A DNA stretch of 64,000 nucleotides from Octopus vulgaris (taxonomy: Eukaryota). The DNA is taken from the NCBI GenBank assembly GCA_951406725.2, contig OX597814.1, positions 86,986,001-87,050,000 of the forward strand, given 5' to 3'. A program made the position numbers and the translations under genes. The stretch's first letter is position 1; each line of letters starts with the position of its first letter. Below are positions 1 to 13,100 of this stretch, in pieces. Below the pieces are notes generated by a model, which had not been told where the DNA came from, did no database searches, and was given only the letters and a program-made list of their open reading frames with translations.

Positions 1-84
1 GTGGAAGAGTAATATCTCCATTTTACAACAGGTCAACTGAAACAAATAGACTGATGTGCCTTGCCTAAGATGATATATTCATAT

Positions 85-552
85 ATATTTGAAAAAAAAT
101 GAATAGAAACGGCTTTTCTGATAATTTTTCCATTTTAATTATTAAATGTTTATAACTTTACAAGCGGTGACTCTGATAGGAGCTTCTTGCTTAAAAGCAG
201 TTTATATCCCCATACATATATATATGTGTATGAATATATGTGAATAAATACCCGTGTTTGCATTTCTCTGCATGTATGTATGTGTAAAGTCCTATGTTTT
301 TGTGCGTTTGTGTATGTACATGTATGTCTCTCTATATGTGTTTATGTATGGGTAAATGTATATGTGTGTGTGTTTGTATGTTTGTAATTAAATACTCCCT
401 ATTTAAACAGTGAATAACAAACTCTAAAATATCAGTTTGAAAACTGCTTTTAATGAGAAACTCTTATCAGAGTCACCTCTTGTAAACTTATAAACATCTA
501 ATTATTAAAGTGGAAAAATTATCAGAAAAGCCATTTGTATTCCTTTTTATCA

Positions 553-556
<4 letters not shown>
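85..556. repeat. Imperfect inverted repeat (~115-bp arms, 85-203 and 441-556) around a TA/TG-rich spacer
   Basis: ggcttttctgataatttttccattttaattattaaatgtttataac... is the reverse complement of ...aacttataaacatctaattattaaagtggaaaaattatcagaaaagcc. Confidence 0.75.
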
Positions 557-588
<32 letters not shown>

Positions 589-688
589 ATAGATAGATAA
601 ATACACGCATGTAAATACAAGTGTGTGTGTGTTTATTATCATTCTTTTTATGTCAGCTGTTCTATACTTGCAAGAAGTGTATAGTTCC

Positions 689-875
689 TATCATAAATAG
701 CATGGTTTGTGTTTGTGTCTAAAGTTTGTCCTCATTAGATGTTTCATTGTTCATGATTAACTCTTGCCATCTTGTCTGCTTCTATTGTAGATCATACTGT
801 GAAGTATGCTGTATTGAACATTAAATAAAACCTATCGTAAAGTCATGCCCGTATTTTGTAAATTATCTTACTTCA
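689..875 (+). repeat. 5' LTR of the Gypsy element
   Basis: ta(tg)tcataaatagc...cttacttca, aligns with 4068-4253; contains AATAAA; terminal TG mutated to TA. Confidence 0.93.
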
Positions 876-893
876 ATTTATTTAACATTCAAA

Positions 894-3800
894 ATGGAGC
901 GATTTCTTTGACTGGAGCACTTTGATGCTATCCTTAATCCTCCTGATGCTGCAAAGAACTGCAACCACTGGCACTGAACTTTCAACAATTTTTCATCCTC
1001 CGTTGAAGATCAAAATCTTGATAAACTCCACTTGCTGACAAATTTTGTAGCTCTGTCAGTGTACGAGTATATTGCAGAATGTCCTGATTATGAAACTCTT
1101 GAAAACTCGTATGTTAAACCAAGAAATGAAATAGTCGCTAGGCATATTCTTGCCACTACAAAACAAGATCTGGATCAAACCTTAGACCAGTTTTTACAAA
1201 AACTTAAGGGACTTTCCAAAGAAAGCAACTTTAAAGCTGTTACTGCAGAAAAGAATTGTGAAGAAGCCATTTGAGATGCATTTATCAGTGGTCTAAGCTC
1301 AAATAATATCAAATAGAGACTGTTGGAAAATAAAATTCTTGACTGTCAAAGGGCTTTTAACCTGGCTTGATCTTTTGAAATGTCTGAAAAGCAATCCCTT
1401 ACACAACCCATATTCTGTGGTAGTATCTCTTTGACCAAGAATACTGAATCTGAAGATAAGTCATCTATGACAGTAGCATTGAACTCAAAATGTTTCTTTT
1501 GTGGTTACTCTTGCCATCCTATGCACAGGAGACTACCTACAAAAGATGTGGTAGAAAGGGGCATTTCTTAAAGGTTTGCTAATCTAAGCCTAATTCTACG
1601 TGGCCTGAATTTGTATCTGCCACAGATCCTTAATTGAGTACAGTTATTACTGCAGCTGCACCTACAAGCCTGTCTAAAGCTATTATCACTATTTCTGTCA
1701 ATGATGACTCTATCAAAGCTCATGTTGACACTGGAAGTTCTGAGAGCTACATTTGCTCTGATCTTGTCAAATCCCTGGAACTAAACACTTATCCCTCAAC
1801 GAGAAAGATTTCCATGGCTTCCATGAAACTTTCAAGTGTAACAAAAGGACATTGTTTTGTGCAACTCTGCTACCAAGGTCAAGTCTATGAGAGTGTAAAA
1901 ATTTCCTTGTTACCCGGACTGTGTTCAGATGTTATATTGGGACATGATTTCTTGGACCAGCATGAAGGACTTAAGATTTCTTTCAAAGGAGAAAAGCCTA
2001 CTTTTTCTGAGTGGGATAGCAGCAGCAAAAGTTGAAGCACCATACTTATTTTGCAACCTGTCCCTGGATTGCAAACCAATTGCAACAAAGTCTTGTCATT
2101 TTTCAAAGCCTGATGAACAGTTCATTGACTCTGAAATACAAAAACTGTTATGTGATATTATTGAGCCTTCAAACTCACCCTGGAGAGCTCAGCTTTTGGT
2201 AACAACAAATAAATGACACAAGAAAAGACTCATAGTTAGACAATTAACTGCTTAACTCAGCTTGATGCAAATCCATTGCTGAAAATCAACAAGATGGTTG
2301 AAAGCATATCAAGGTATGAAATGTACAGTACATTAGATCTCTGCAGTGCCTATCATCAGATACCAATTAAGGAAGAAGAGAGACATTTTACAGCTTTCAA
2401 AGCCAGAGGCAAGTTGAACCATTTTAAACAAATTCCTTTTGGGGTCATCAATGGAGTTGCCTGTTTTCAATGTATCATAGATAATATGATTAGAGAAGAG
2501 AAAATCAAGAATACTTTTGCATACTTGGATAATATTACTGTGGAAAGAATCAAGAAGACCATGACAAAAATTTTGCACACTTCCTTGACTGTGCTAAGAT
2601 GTATAACATAACTTTCAATGAAAAGAAGAGCATTATCAGTGCAAAGGAAATCAAGTTACTAGAGTTTCAAGTATCAAAATGAAATATTAAACCTGATCCT
2701 GAGAGATTGCAACTATTGAAGGTACTTGCTGATCCATATGACTCCAAATCTCAAAAAGAGTCATTGACATGTTTTCTTACTACTCATCATGGATTCTAAT
2801 AAAGTTCATCCTCTGATAATAAAACATTCCTCTTACCAGTAAAAGTGAAAAATGCCTTTGAGTATCTGAAAGCAGAAATCACAAAAGCAATTGTGACTAT
2901 TGACTCAACTCTGCCCCTAGTGGTTGTGACGCATGCCTCAGACATAGCTATCGCAGCAACTCTTAATCAAGTGGAAAACCCATTGCTTTTTTCTCAAGAT
3001 TACTGAATCCAAGTGAAAGGAATCACTCATCAACTGAAAAACAGGCTTATGCTATCGTAGAAGCATTATCTTCTTGGCAAGCATTTCAAATTAATCACAG
3101 ATCAAAAGAGTATTTCTTTCATGTTTGACAATGCCCAGACAAACAAAATCAAGAATGATAAAACACAGCGCTGGTGTATTAAACTGTCTTGCTACAGTTA
3201 CAATGTTGTCTATAGATCTGGAACTGATAATCTCACAGCTGATTTGTTATCTTTTGCTTCCTGTTCTGCTTCCACCTCAGGTAGTTCTGACAGACTTAAA
3301 GAAATCCATTCCTCTCTTTGTCATCCAAGAATCTCTAGAATGTTTCACATTGTAAAATCTAAAAACTTAATCCTTCTCCATCAAAGAAGTGAAGCAAATG
3401 ACTGCAAACTGTAACATCTGCTGAGAACTCAAACCTTTCTACCATTCTGATGCTCATTTGATTAAAGCAACACAGCCTTTTGAGAGATTCAGCGTTGACT
3501 TTAAAGGACCTTTGCCTTCTAATTCCCACATGTATTTTCTTACTGCTATTGATGAACACTCTCACTTCCCTTGTCTCGACACAAGTGCTTCAACTATCAA
3601 AAAATGTTTTTGTAAACTTTTCTCCCTCTTTGGTATGCCTTCAGACATTCATTTTGACAGGGGGACAAGTTTCATATCTAATGAACTGAAAGCAATGAAC
3701 ATAGCAAGGAAATTGCTACGAATAGACCTATGGCATTTAACCCCAGTGGAAATGGTCAGGTTGAATGCCTCAATGGAACTCTGTGACACTGGCTCTGAAG

Positions 3801-4050
3801 ACAGCATTGGCAATCACTCAGTGGGAACTGGTTCTGCAAGATTCTCTGCATGCAGTCAGGTCTCTCCTGTGTACAGCGACCAATGAAACGCCTCATGAAA
3901 GACTTTTCCAATATAACCATAAATCTACAACTGGTACAACTCTTCCCAGTTGGCTTCTATCATTGGGTCCTGCTCTGATGAGATGAAATGTGAGAACTTC
4001 TAAATATGAACCACTGGTGGATGAAGTGAAGTTACTGGACTGCAATCCAC
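894..4050 (+). pseudogene. Gypsy gag-pol, broken by many stops and frameshifts
   Basis: Gag start MERFL..., knuckle remnant CFFCGYSCH, protease HVDTGSSESYI, RT SPWRAQL / STLDLCSAYHQI / AYLDNI, RNase H region, integrase PFERFSVDFKGP / CTATNETPHERLF. Confidence 0.92.
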
Positions 4051-4067
4051 TCTATAGGAGGGGTGAA

Positions 4068-4253
4068 TGTCATAAATAGCATGATTGTGTTTGTATCTAA
4101 AGTTTATCCTCATTAGATGTTTCATTGCTCATGATTAACTCTTGCCATCTTGTCTGCTTTTATTTTAGACCTCACTGTGGAGTATGCTGTATTGAATGCT
4201 AAATAAAACCTATCATAAGGTCATGCCCAGCTTTTGTAAATTGTCTTACTTCA
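4068..4253 (+). repeat. 3' LTR of the Gypsy element
   Basis: TG...CA termini, directly after the PPT, followed by TSD GTTCC. Confidence 0.93.
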
Positions 4254-4269
4254 GTTCCATTACTTGTGT

Positions 4270-4900
4270 CCCTTTATCATCTCCATTAAGAATATCAATG
4301 TCCTGAAATCAGTTTTTACCACTTCTACCCATGTCTACCTTGGTCTTCTTCCACAGACTGCAACTTTGATTTCTTGATATTGTTTTACTTATCTGTTTTT
4401 GTCAATATGTATTACATGCTTGTGTCAACACCATTGTCTCTCTTGCATACTATACCTGATTTCTCTTGTACCCAATTTATCTTTCAGCTCATCTGGACCT
4501 TTTTGGTCATACACACTAGCATTACTACATTTCTTCCCCAACCTTTGTACATCCTCTGTATTTAGTGTGAGCAACTCACTACCTTTAGGCATCACAGTTT
4601 GTATGTCAGCAATGCACAATCAACCCTTTGATCAGAGAAAAACGTCTTGTTGCCAGTAGAGATATTAGCTTCCAGAACATTTTTTAAAACCCCTAATCTT
4701 ATTCTGGCTACAATGCTCTCAACTGCTGATTAGATTGCTTAAGTAATCAAAGTTATCAACCACATCTAATAGAGCCTTCTGAGAATTGAAGAATCTATTT
4801 TATGGTGTCCTGACTGCTAGCTACTCTGGTGTATTTACCATAAGCAAATTTTTTATTCAGTCAGCTTACATTTGATTCTTGTAGACTTTTGTTTGCATCC
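4270..4900 (-). mobile_element. Highly decayed RTE-like LINE 3' fragment
   Basis: Minus-strand peptide (EDVQRL...ELKDKLGTREIRYSMQERQWC) resembles the RTE C-terminus at 13600-13800. Confidence 0.45.
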
Positions 4901-5224
4901 ATTAATCTTACTGAATACTGAGCACAGCCATTTCCCTGATGACAACAGAGTCCTGTCTTCTTTCTTTCTTATTGAAACTTTTATCATTACCAACTTTATT
5001 CAGAGGCTGCTTAATTCTAGGATTTGGTTATATGCTTGAAATTTCTTCTGATTGTTCAAAGAAGACTTCAGTAGTAATCAGTAGCAACTTATCCTGAAAA
5101 TCAACAAAATTTGGTATCGTGGTGTTGTTAAATACATGCAGGTAAAGGGTTTAGTCCTATCCCCGAGATGTTCATTTTGACATGGTTACTATATTAAGGA
5201 ATGATGCTTCAGCTTTATCAATAT

Positions 5225-5870
5225 ATTTACAAATCTCTCTCTCTCTAAAGATATGAGATATGTATATGTGCTCTCTTCATTTCTGGTCACTTCAGCCCTG
5301 TAACCATGCATGTGCTTTTCCTAGACTTTTTTCCTTCTCTGGAACTTCCCTTTCTGATGAAGAGCTATGCTCGAAATATAAAAATAAAACCTATGTACAT
5401 GGCTTGCATCACTCTCACAAGCCATTTACAGACATCAGACCTCATATCATAGTCCTCGGTCAAAAGCTTTCTTCAGGTCAGCAAATAATCAACAAATGCT
5501 AGTTATAAAAGCCTGATCTTACCTAAAAACTTCTTTAGCAGTTGTCTCACTATAAAGAGAGTATCAATGGTATCTCCCATCTGGTACAAAGCTAAACTCC
5601 ATCTCATCTCAGTGGATTTGCTTCTAATCAAGAGAGCAAATACCCTTTCTGTTACTTCCAAAATTTAGACAATAAACTTGATGTCTCAGTGGATGTTTCT
5701 TTTGAAGCTTCTGCTTTGCCATAGGTTGTAGTTTTTACACATTTACAAATCTTTCTCTCTTCCAATCACTTCAGCCATGTAACCATACATGTATTTTTAT
5801 GAACTTTTTTCCTTCTCTGGATCTTTTCTTTCTCCACTTTCTGATGAAGAGCTATGCTTGAACAAAGGAA
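5225..5870 (+). mobile_element. Penelope-like remnant with two direct copies of a terminal segment carrying hammerhead-like motifs
   Basis: 5225-5380 and 5740-5865 are homologous; ctgatga-a-gagc-tat-gctc-gaaa at 5354-5376 and a decayed copy at 5841. Confidence 0.55.
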
Positions 5871-6199
5871 AAAAACCCACTTTTTTCCACCTTTACTGAG
5901 CATCAGGCTAATACATTCCATTTGTACATCCTTTTGCTGTGTTGTTATTTGTTATTTTTAATGTTTGATTTGACTATATATATATATATATATATATATA
6001 ATTCATCCAGTCAACTTGTAAGTCCCAGGATTTCAGTAGGAATTGCCTGAAGTGTAAGCAGGAGCCAAAGACTTTCATCCTGGAGTCTAAGATGTTCCCC
6101 AGGTCAAGGGAGTTCTTTAATATCCTTGCCTGTTCTGCTATGCACAGCTTGCAATGTATATGTATGTATGTGTGTGGGTATATATATATATATCTACCT

Positions 6200-7151
6200 G
6201 CAGAGCTGAGTGTAAGTCCGTTAATCTGTTAATTAACGGAGTTAACAGTTTCATTAATGATTTAACTTTTAAGTTAACTTTGAAAATCATTATCGGACTA
6301 ATTAGCTTCCGTTAACCCCAAAATTTCATAAAAACCAGTAAACATTTAAAAGTTTCTATTGTTTTCAGATTGTCTTAGCATCTACTATGATACTCTTATG
6401 TTTTTCTCTGTCACAACATATGAATGAGAAAGGAAGGGGTGATAGATGAATAAGGAAGAAACGAGTGATGGCAAACTGGTAGTGGGATGATGGAAATTCT
6501 CCGGTACAAAAAAAAACAAAAAACAAAATAAAACAGCGTTTCAACTCTGTGTGAGTATATGTGTATGTATGTAAATGTTTGTGTATGCGTGTGCAATGGA
6601 AGTGGGATGGTGAACATTCAACACTGAAAGGAAAAATCAAACAGTGTTTCAACTCTGTGTGAGTATATGTGTGCGTGTTCAAGGGAAGTTTGTGAATATT
6701 TGTGTGTGTCAACCAGCATTCTTTCAATAACAAGCGATGATCAATGTCACATCTCAAAAGACAGCCACTAGATAACATTGACATAATTTTTACCTACAAA
6801 TTTCTTTGTAATCGTAATCTACAGTTTGAAAGGTATTTGTATAAAATTTCATTAAAAAAAAAACCTCTTTTCCAGAAAGTTATGAGGGGGAAATGTCAGG
6901 TCCTGTGAATTTTCCGAAACTCCTCAGAAAATATTCCAACACATCTTTACATACACTCAATTGACAGGATATAAGCAATTATTTGGTGTAAGTTTCATTA
7001 AAAAGTATCCATTTTTCTGGAAGTTATGAGGTAACAAAGTTGGTGGGGTATTAAACTGTAGTTGTACCTTTTACCAATAAAAGTTAACGGATTAACGTTA
7101 ACTTTTTGGTTAACAGATTAATAATTAACAGTTAACTTTTCAATTAATGGT
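6200..7151. mobile_element. Probable non-autonomous DNA transposon (hAT-like MITE) with GTTAAC-rich subterminal repeats
   Basis: Clusters of gttaac/ttaacg motifs at 6200-6320 and 7080-7150; right end appears cut off by the following palindrome. Confidence 0.4.
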
Positions 7152-7481
7152 GCAAAGTTTAGGTTAGTTAAAATATGTTTTTGACATATTTCAACTGCTA
7201 AAACGCAAATACACTGCAGCTACCAAGAAGAAAATATCCCTCTTATGGTAAAATGTGTGAAAACACCCGGTCTGTTCAGTGTTGCCATCTATCAGGAATC
7301 CCAGACATCAATGTTTTGGGTTTATTGACCCTTGTCGACGCGATGTACCCAAGAGAGGCTACTCTAGCTTCATGTATAATTCAGTCAACAACATTGGCTG
7401 AATTATTTTCTCTACGGTAACTGCAGAGTATTTAGCAATTGAAATATGTCACAAACATATTTTAACTAACCTAAATTTTGC
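7152..7481. repeat. Inverted repeat (~50-bp near-perfect arms extending imperfectly to ~85 bp), probably PLE-derived
   Basis: gcaaagtttaggttagttaaaatatgtttttgacatatttcaactgctaaa versus tttagcaattgaaatatgtcacaaacatattttaactaacctaaattttgc. Confidence 0.8.
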
Positions 7482-7511
7482 TTATACACTCCTTAGTGCT
7501 AACATTTCGTT

Positions 7512-7563
<52 letters not shown>

Positions 7564-9364
7564 TTGGATAATGGTGAGATCCATTATCCAATGTTCGGTT
7601 ATCTTCTGTACAATGTGTAAAGTTTGTTCTTATTAATTAATTCCCGCAAAGCCAGTAGCTGGATGATTTGTAAATGTAACATTTGTTGGATAATACTGGA
7701 TGGGGTATAACTCTTACACAATAGATAAGAGCTTTTCTTTCTTCAACTAAAAATTTCAGTAGTCAACATTTTATAATTAATCAGACACCATTTGTAGAAC
7801 ACCCATAAATACCAAAAGCTTTTGACCTGCATAATATTAAGGTTTGTCACTCCTGTTTAAACTACACTCTGCACTACAACAGATAAAAGTATACCCCTAT
7901 GCAGTTGCTATCCCAGACCCAATTTAATCCACCTGTCCACTAAGTTTTTGTTTTCCTTGACAGTAGTTAACAGAGCAGCATTAAGTCCACCAGACAGTAA
8001 TGTGAGGAATTTCATGGAACGCATAACTATTTCAAAAGAATTTTTACTCTTCAGGTCCCGGGAGAGAGCAAGAACTTCACATCTGTCTTACGTCATCTGA
8101 AAACTTTGTGACCATGGAAATGACATGTCAGCTTAACTTGGAGCATATTCAGCAAGCCCCATTCTCGTTAGATTTTAATGCGTAACTGTTGTTTTCATCT
8201 CTCTGAGGAACTATATGTATTGAAACAACTGTTTTCTTTAATAAGAAGATTGAATTCAATATTAATAACATCAATGATGATTAACCTATACAATGAATTG
8301 ATAGAGTTGCTAGAATGTTCTGGGTCTCAGGCTGTAACTTCACATTCTACAGAAATTTATGCTTACCATGTCTTTGGGGTGGCTAAAATAATGGGTAGTG
8401 GATCGGTGAAATTGTTTGAATGTCGGAACAAATGCTGTAAGGTATTTGTCCTGGCTCACTGTAGTCTGTGTTTTTGAGTACCAGACTGAAATCACCAGCA
8501 TTTAGGCCATGTCCCTGGTTTGAGAAAAAGTTTGTTTTTCCTCATACCAGCAAAGCCTTGAAAAAATAAATTGCCATGAAAGCTGTCAATCCTTCTTTGA
8601 CTAGTGGTAAAAAAGAGTTGTTTATACCAAATTTTATATGACAAGACATTTCATCCGCTAATCTACTAATTTCTCTACACACCCATTCCTGAACAATCGT
8701 ATAATGAATATGCATACACACTTGTTTATCTACCTACTACATACTCTCTCTTACATATTTGCTAATATGCAAAAGTAAAAATGCAGAAAGCAAAAGATAT
8801 ATTCAGGCTACTGAAAAGTCTGCTGTTTCACACCCGAAAATGTATATTTAATTTTATCTAGACAATCATCCAAGGAAAACGAGAAGCAATTAAGTTGAAG
8901 GAAAGTATAAATTTTAATTCTCAATTTCAGGAAGCAACTCAACCATTCACAAAGAGTAGGAGCGATATGGGTTTGTAAATTCCTCAGGAAATTTGAAATA
9001 TGAATGATTGTAGAAAGGACATTATTAGGAAGACACTCCTGCCTCCTATTTTGCTATCATTTTTATGAAACGCACATACATACATATGCACACACATATA
9101 TGCATGCACACACACACATACATAAACAAACTAAAAATGCTGATATCAGTCATGTCAGTTCTGATTACTTAGATCTATGATTAAAGAAGTTCCCTCCTTT
9201 TCCTGACACAAGACTATCCTAAGGCATACATTAACCAATTTCCTTTCCGGAAGAAAGTAAATTGTGATTAGAGAAATTTGGCTGCAGCTATTTGTCGCAA
9301 GTTGAACACAAATGGCCTAAAGCTGTCAGCAGGCAAACTGAGTTTTATGTAAGATTCATCGAAT

Positions 9365-10137
9365 ACAGCGATGTCCAGAGCGAGCTAAGAATTACTTATT
9401 TCATTTCTTCCGACCCCTCGTACTACATTTGTCACTAACATTTAAATATGTCTGAATCTAATCACTAACTGCTTGTTCGTTTTCTTTCATGAGCTAACTG
9501 TTGATATTGTTCCCCACAAAATATAATCTTTTAATTTTTAGCTCCATCCCGTAAAGCTTATGTGATAGTTATTCGTCCCTGTATGAAGTTAATTTGTTGG
9601 TTTCTCCACGATAATTTGTTCGCTACTCCATAATACTTTCTTCAAACCCCGATTGCTTAATTCTTCTCATTCCTGTCCCCAATCACACTTCGCAGCCTGT
9701 TTTTATCCTTCACTACTTCCGTCTGTCCCCAACTCACTCTCTTCCAGTCAGTCTATATTTAAAAAAACTCGCCCTGTGTTCCCTTCTATTCATTCATTCT
9801 TCAACCACAGCGATGTCCAGAGCGAGCTAAGAATTACTTATTTCATTTCTTCCAACCCCTCGTACTACATTCGTCACTAACATTTAAAAAATGTCTGAAT
9901 CTAATCACTAACTGCTTGTTTTTTTTCTTTCATGAGCTAACTGTTGATATTGTTCCCCACAAAATATAATCTTTTAATTTTTTAGCCCCATCCCGTAAAG
10001 CTTATGTGATAATTATTCGTCCCTGTATGAAGTTAATTTGTTGGTTTCTCCACGATAATTTGTTTGCTACTCCATGATACTTTCTTCAAACCCCGATTGC
10101 TTAATTCTTCTCATCCCTGTCCCCAATCACACTTCGC
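9365..10137. repeat. Direct duplication of ~330 bp (9365-9693 and 9807-10137), period ~442 bp
   Basis: Near-identical copies starting acagcgatgtccagagcgagc and ending aatcacacttcgc. Confidence 0.9.
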
Positions 10138-10138
10138 C

Positions 10139-13100
10139 ATTAGCGGTGCGCTCGCCCTTTCCCACCACCAATACCGGATAACACTATGTTTACACCATCT
10201 ACACCGGATATCCCTTCTCCCACCACCATTACATGTGTCTATTCCTCCAACTCCTCCTCCTCAATATGCTATTTCACTATGTATTACCCCTGCCCCTCTT
10301 CCCTAAGACAGAAGCAGCTAGCACCACTGCTCATCAACTGTCCCACTTAACCAGTTATCTTACGTTTCCTTCTGTTTTGAAATCTGTCTCTGCCTCAACC
10401 GGCTATCTCCTTCCAGTCCCCTCCCTTACTCATGATATCCTACGTTTCATTCTTTCTAGAACCTGCCACCACCCCTACCTGTCATCATTTCTCCTACCCC
10501 CCCCACCACTAGTGCTCCCCTATATTACCTGCACTCTCTCGCCCCACTTTCTCTCTTCTCTCTGCTGGAACCCTTCCCCGCCACAATGCAACCAATTTTT
10601 TCAGCTGGACCACCCCCCAACACTAGAATATCCATGTTTCTGCTACGCTGCTTAAACTACGTTACTCAATGACCATAATGCTTGCTTAGAATGCTACTAA
10701 CACCTAGAATATCAGTATTTCTGCCACAGAGCTTACATCTATGTCATCAATGACCTTAATGCTTATGCTTACAACGCTGCTAACACCAGCTCCTGCCTAC
10801 AACAGGGGCCACAACCGTAACATGCCTAAATGCTTGAATGTTGTCAGGTCGGAAGCGAGATCAGATGAAAAATGCCTAAAACACGATCACCACCACAACA
10901 ACCCTCTTCTTTTGAGGCGCTGAATTGCACCCCTCCCCCCACATTACCGTCCCAGTTTTCAGAGTTGGCACACTGAAAGGAGGTAGGTCTAGTGAGATTG
11001 TAGAGATGCTTGAGAGAAGACGGGTTGATGTATGCTGCATACAAGAGGTAAGATGGAGAGGTGCTTCAGCTAGGGTCCTCACAGGCAAGGCACATAGGTA
11101 TAAGTCTTCTGGCAAGGTAACATGGATGGTGTAGGCATTCTCCTTGCGGAGAAATGGGTGGATAAGGTCATAGAGGTTGTCAGGGTTTGCGAGAGAGTGC
11201 TTAAGCTCAGGTTAGTCCTACAGAGTGGCACAGCTACGATTATCTCCGCCTATGCCCCACATGCGGGGCTACCAAATGATCAGAAGGACCACTTTTATGA
11301 TACCCTTCTACAGGCTACCTCAAAGACGAGTGGCAAGGACCTCATCTTTGTGGGTGGAGATTTTAATGGGCTTGTTAGGCGGGAATCGGGTATTTTCACT
11401 GGCGTACACGGTGGCCATGGTATTGGCACCAGAAATGATGAGGAAACTAGACTACTGGAATTCTGTGATGCATGTAACCTTTTAATCTGCAACACTAACT
11501 TCAGGAAGCCTGACTGCCACCTTATAACCTATCAGTCAGGAGACTCCGCTAGCCAAATAGACTTCAGCCTCACCAGACAGCGGGATGCAGGGTTGCTCTT
11601 AAATACAAAGACCCTCCCGGGTGAAGAATGTACCCCTCAGCATAGGCTAATCATTAGTGACTTTAGGCTTGAGGCCAGGATTCCAAGAAACAGACCAATC
11701 CAGAAAAGAAGGATTTGGAAGCTAAAGAACCCTTCACATGGTCAGAGATTTAGGGACATCCTCATCAAGAAATTTGATGAGAGGGAGGAGGAGCTACAGA
11801 TGTCGGACATAGAAGGTAACTGGAAATTCCTACAGGACAGCTTGCTGAGTGCTACAGACCAAGTCTGTGGATGGTGTAAAGTCCCTTCCAGACCTAGAGT
11901 TACGTGGTGGTGGAATAGTGCAGTAGACAAAGCCATTAGTGCAAAGAAACAGGCCTGGAAAGCCTGGAGGGATGGGGGTAGCAGGGAATTGTACCAGGTA
12001 GCCAAAAGGGAGGCTGGGTGGCAGGTATACATAGCCAAAGATGTAGCAGAAAAGAAGAAGTTTGCCAATGTCCAGCGACATGAGGACCAAAGAACTGAGG
12101 TATTTCGGATTGCTAGACAGTGTGTGAGAGAAAATAGTGATGTTACAGGAGAGAAATGTGTCCGCATGGATGATGGGGCACTTGCTTTTAGTGATGGTGA
12201 AAAGAAAGAGGCTTGGAGAAGCCATTATGAAAGACTGCTGAATGTGGAGAATGAATGGGAGGAGGAGAGCCTGCCAAATGTTGACCCAGTAGAGGGACCA
12301 GCTATCCGAAAAGACAGCTCCCTTGTAGTTAAGGCAATTAAGGGTATGAAACCAGGTAAAGCTCCCGGCCCATCAGGAATCACTGCTGAGATGCTTAAAA
12401 CAGCTGGTTATGTGGGCTATGGCCTAGTCACCCGCATTGTAAACCAGGTAGTTCATAATGGAGTCATACCCAATGACTGGCGTAGCAGCACCATAGTCAA
12501 CTGCTACAAGGGTAAGGGTGATGCTCTAGATAGAAATAACTACAGGGGTATTAAACTGTTGGATCAGGTGATGAAGGTCTCAGAGAGGGTCATAACCCAT
12601 CTCATTAGGGAAAGAATTTGCTTAGATGAGATGCAGTTCGGTTTTGTGCCGGATAGAAGAACCACTGACGCTATATTCCTGGTCCGACAAGTGCAGGAGA
12701 AGTACCTAGCTAAAGATAAACCCCTCTACATTGCTTTTGTGGATTTGGAGAAAGCCTTTGACAGGGTCCCCCGATCCCTTATCTGGTGGTCAATGCAGAA
12801 ACTGGAGATTGACAAATGGCTAATAAGGGCTGTACAGACCCTATACAGAGAGGCTGTCAGCAAGGTTAGAATTGGCAACGAATATAGTAAAGAATTCCAG
12901 GTAGAAGTAGGTGTACACCAAGGCTCAGCCCTCAGTCCCCTTTTATTCATCATAGTCCTCCAGGCAATAACAGAGGAATTCAAAACAGGTTGCCTCTGGG
13001 AGCTCCTCTATGCTGATGACCTGGCTCTCATAGCAGAATCACTACTGGAACTAGAAAAGAAATTTCGGGTGTGGAAGCAAGGGTTAGAATCAAAGGACCT

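Larger units (their letters stand above)
689..4253 (+). mobile_element. Ty3/Gypsy LTR retrotransposon, complete but decayed
   Basis: Two ~187-bp LTRs, TSD GTTCC at 684-688 and 4254-4258, polypurine tract aggaggggtgaa at 4056-4067, and gag-PR-RT-RH-IN domain order in the ORF fragments. Confidence 0.95.

Noticed and set aside
6000-6150. Possible R4/NeSL-like LINE 3' end
   Set aside because: The similarity is too short and degraded to support a call.
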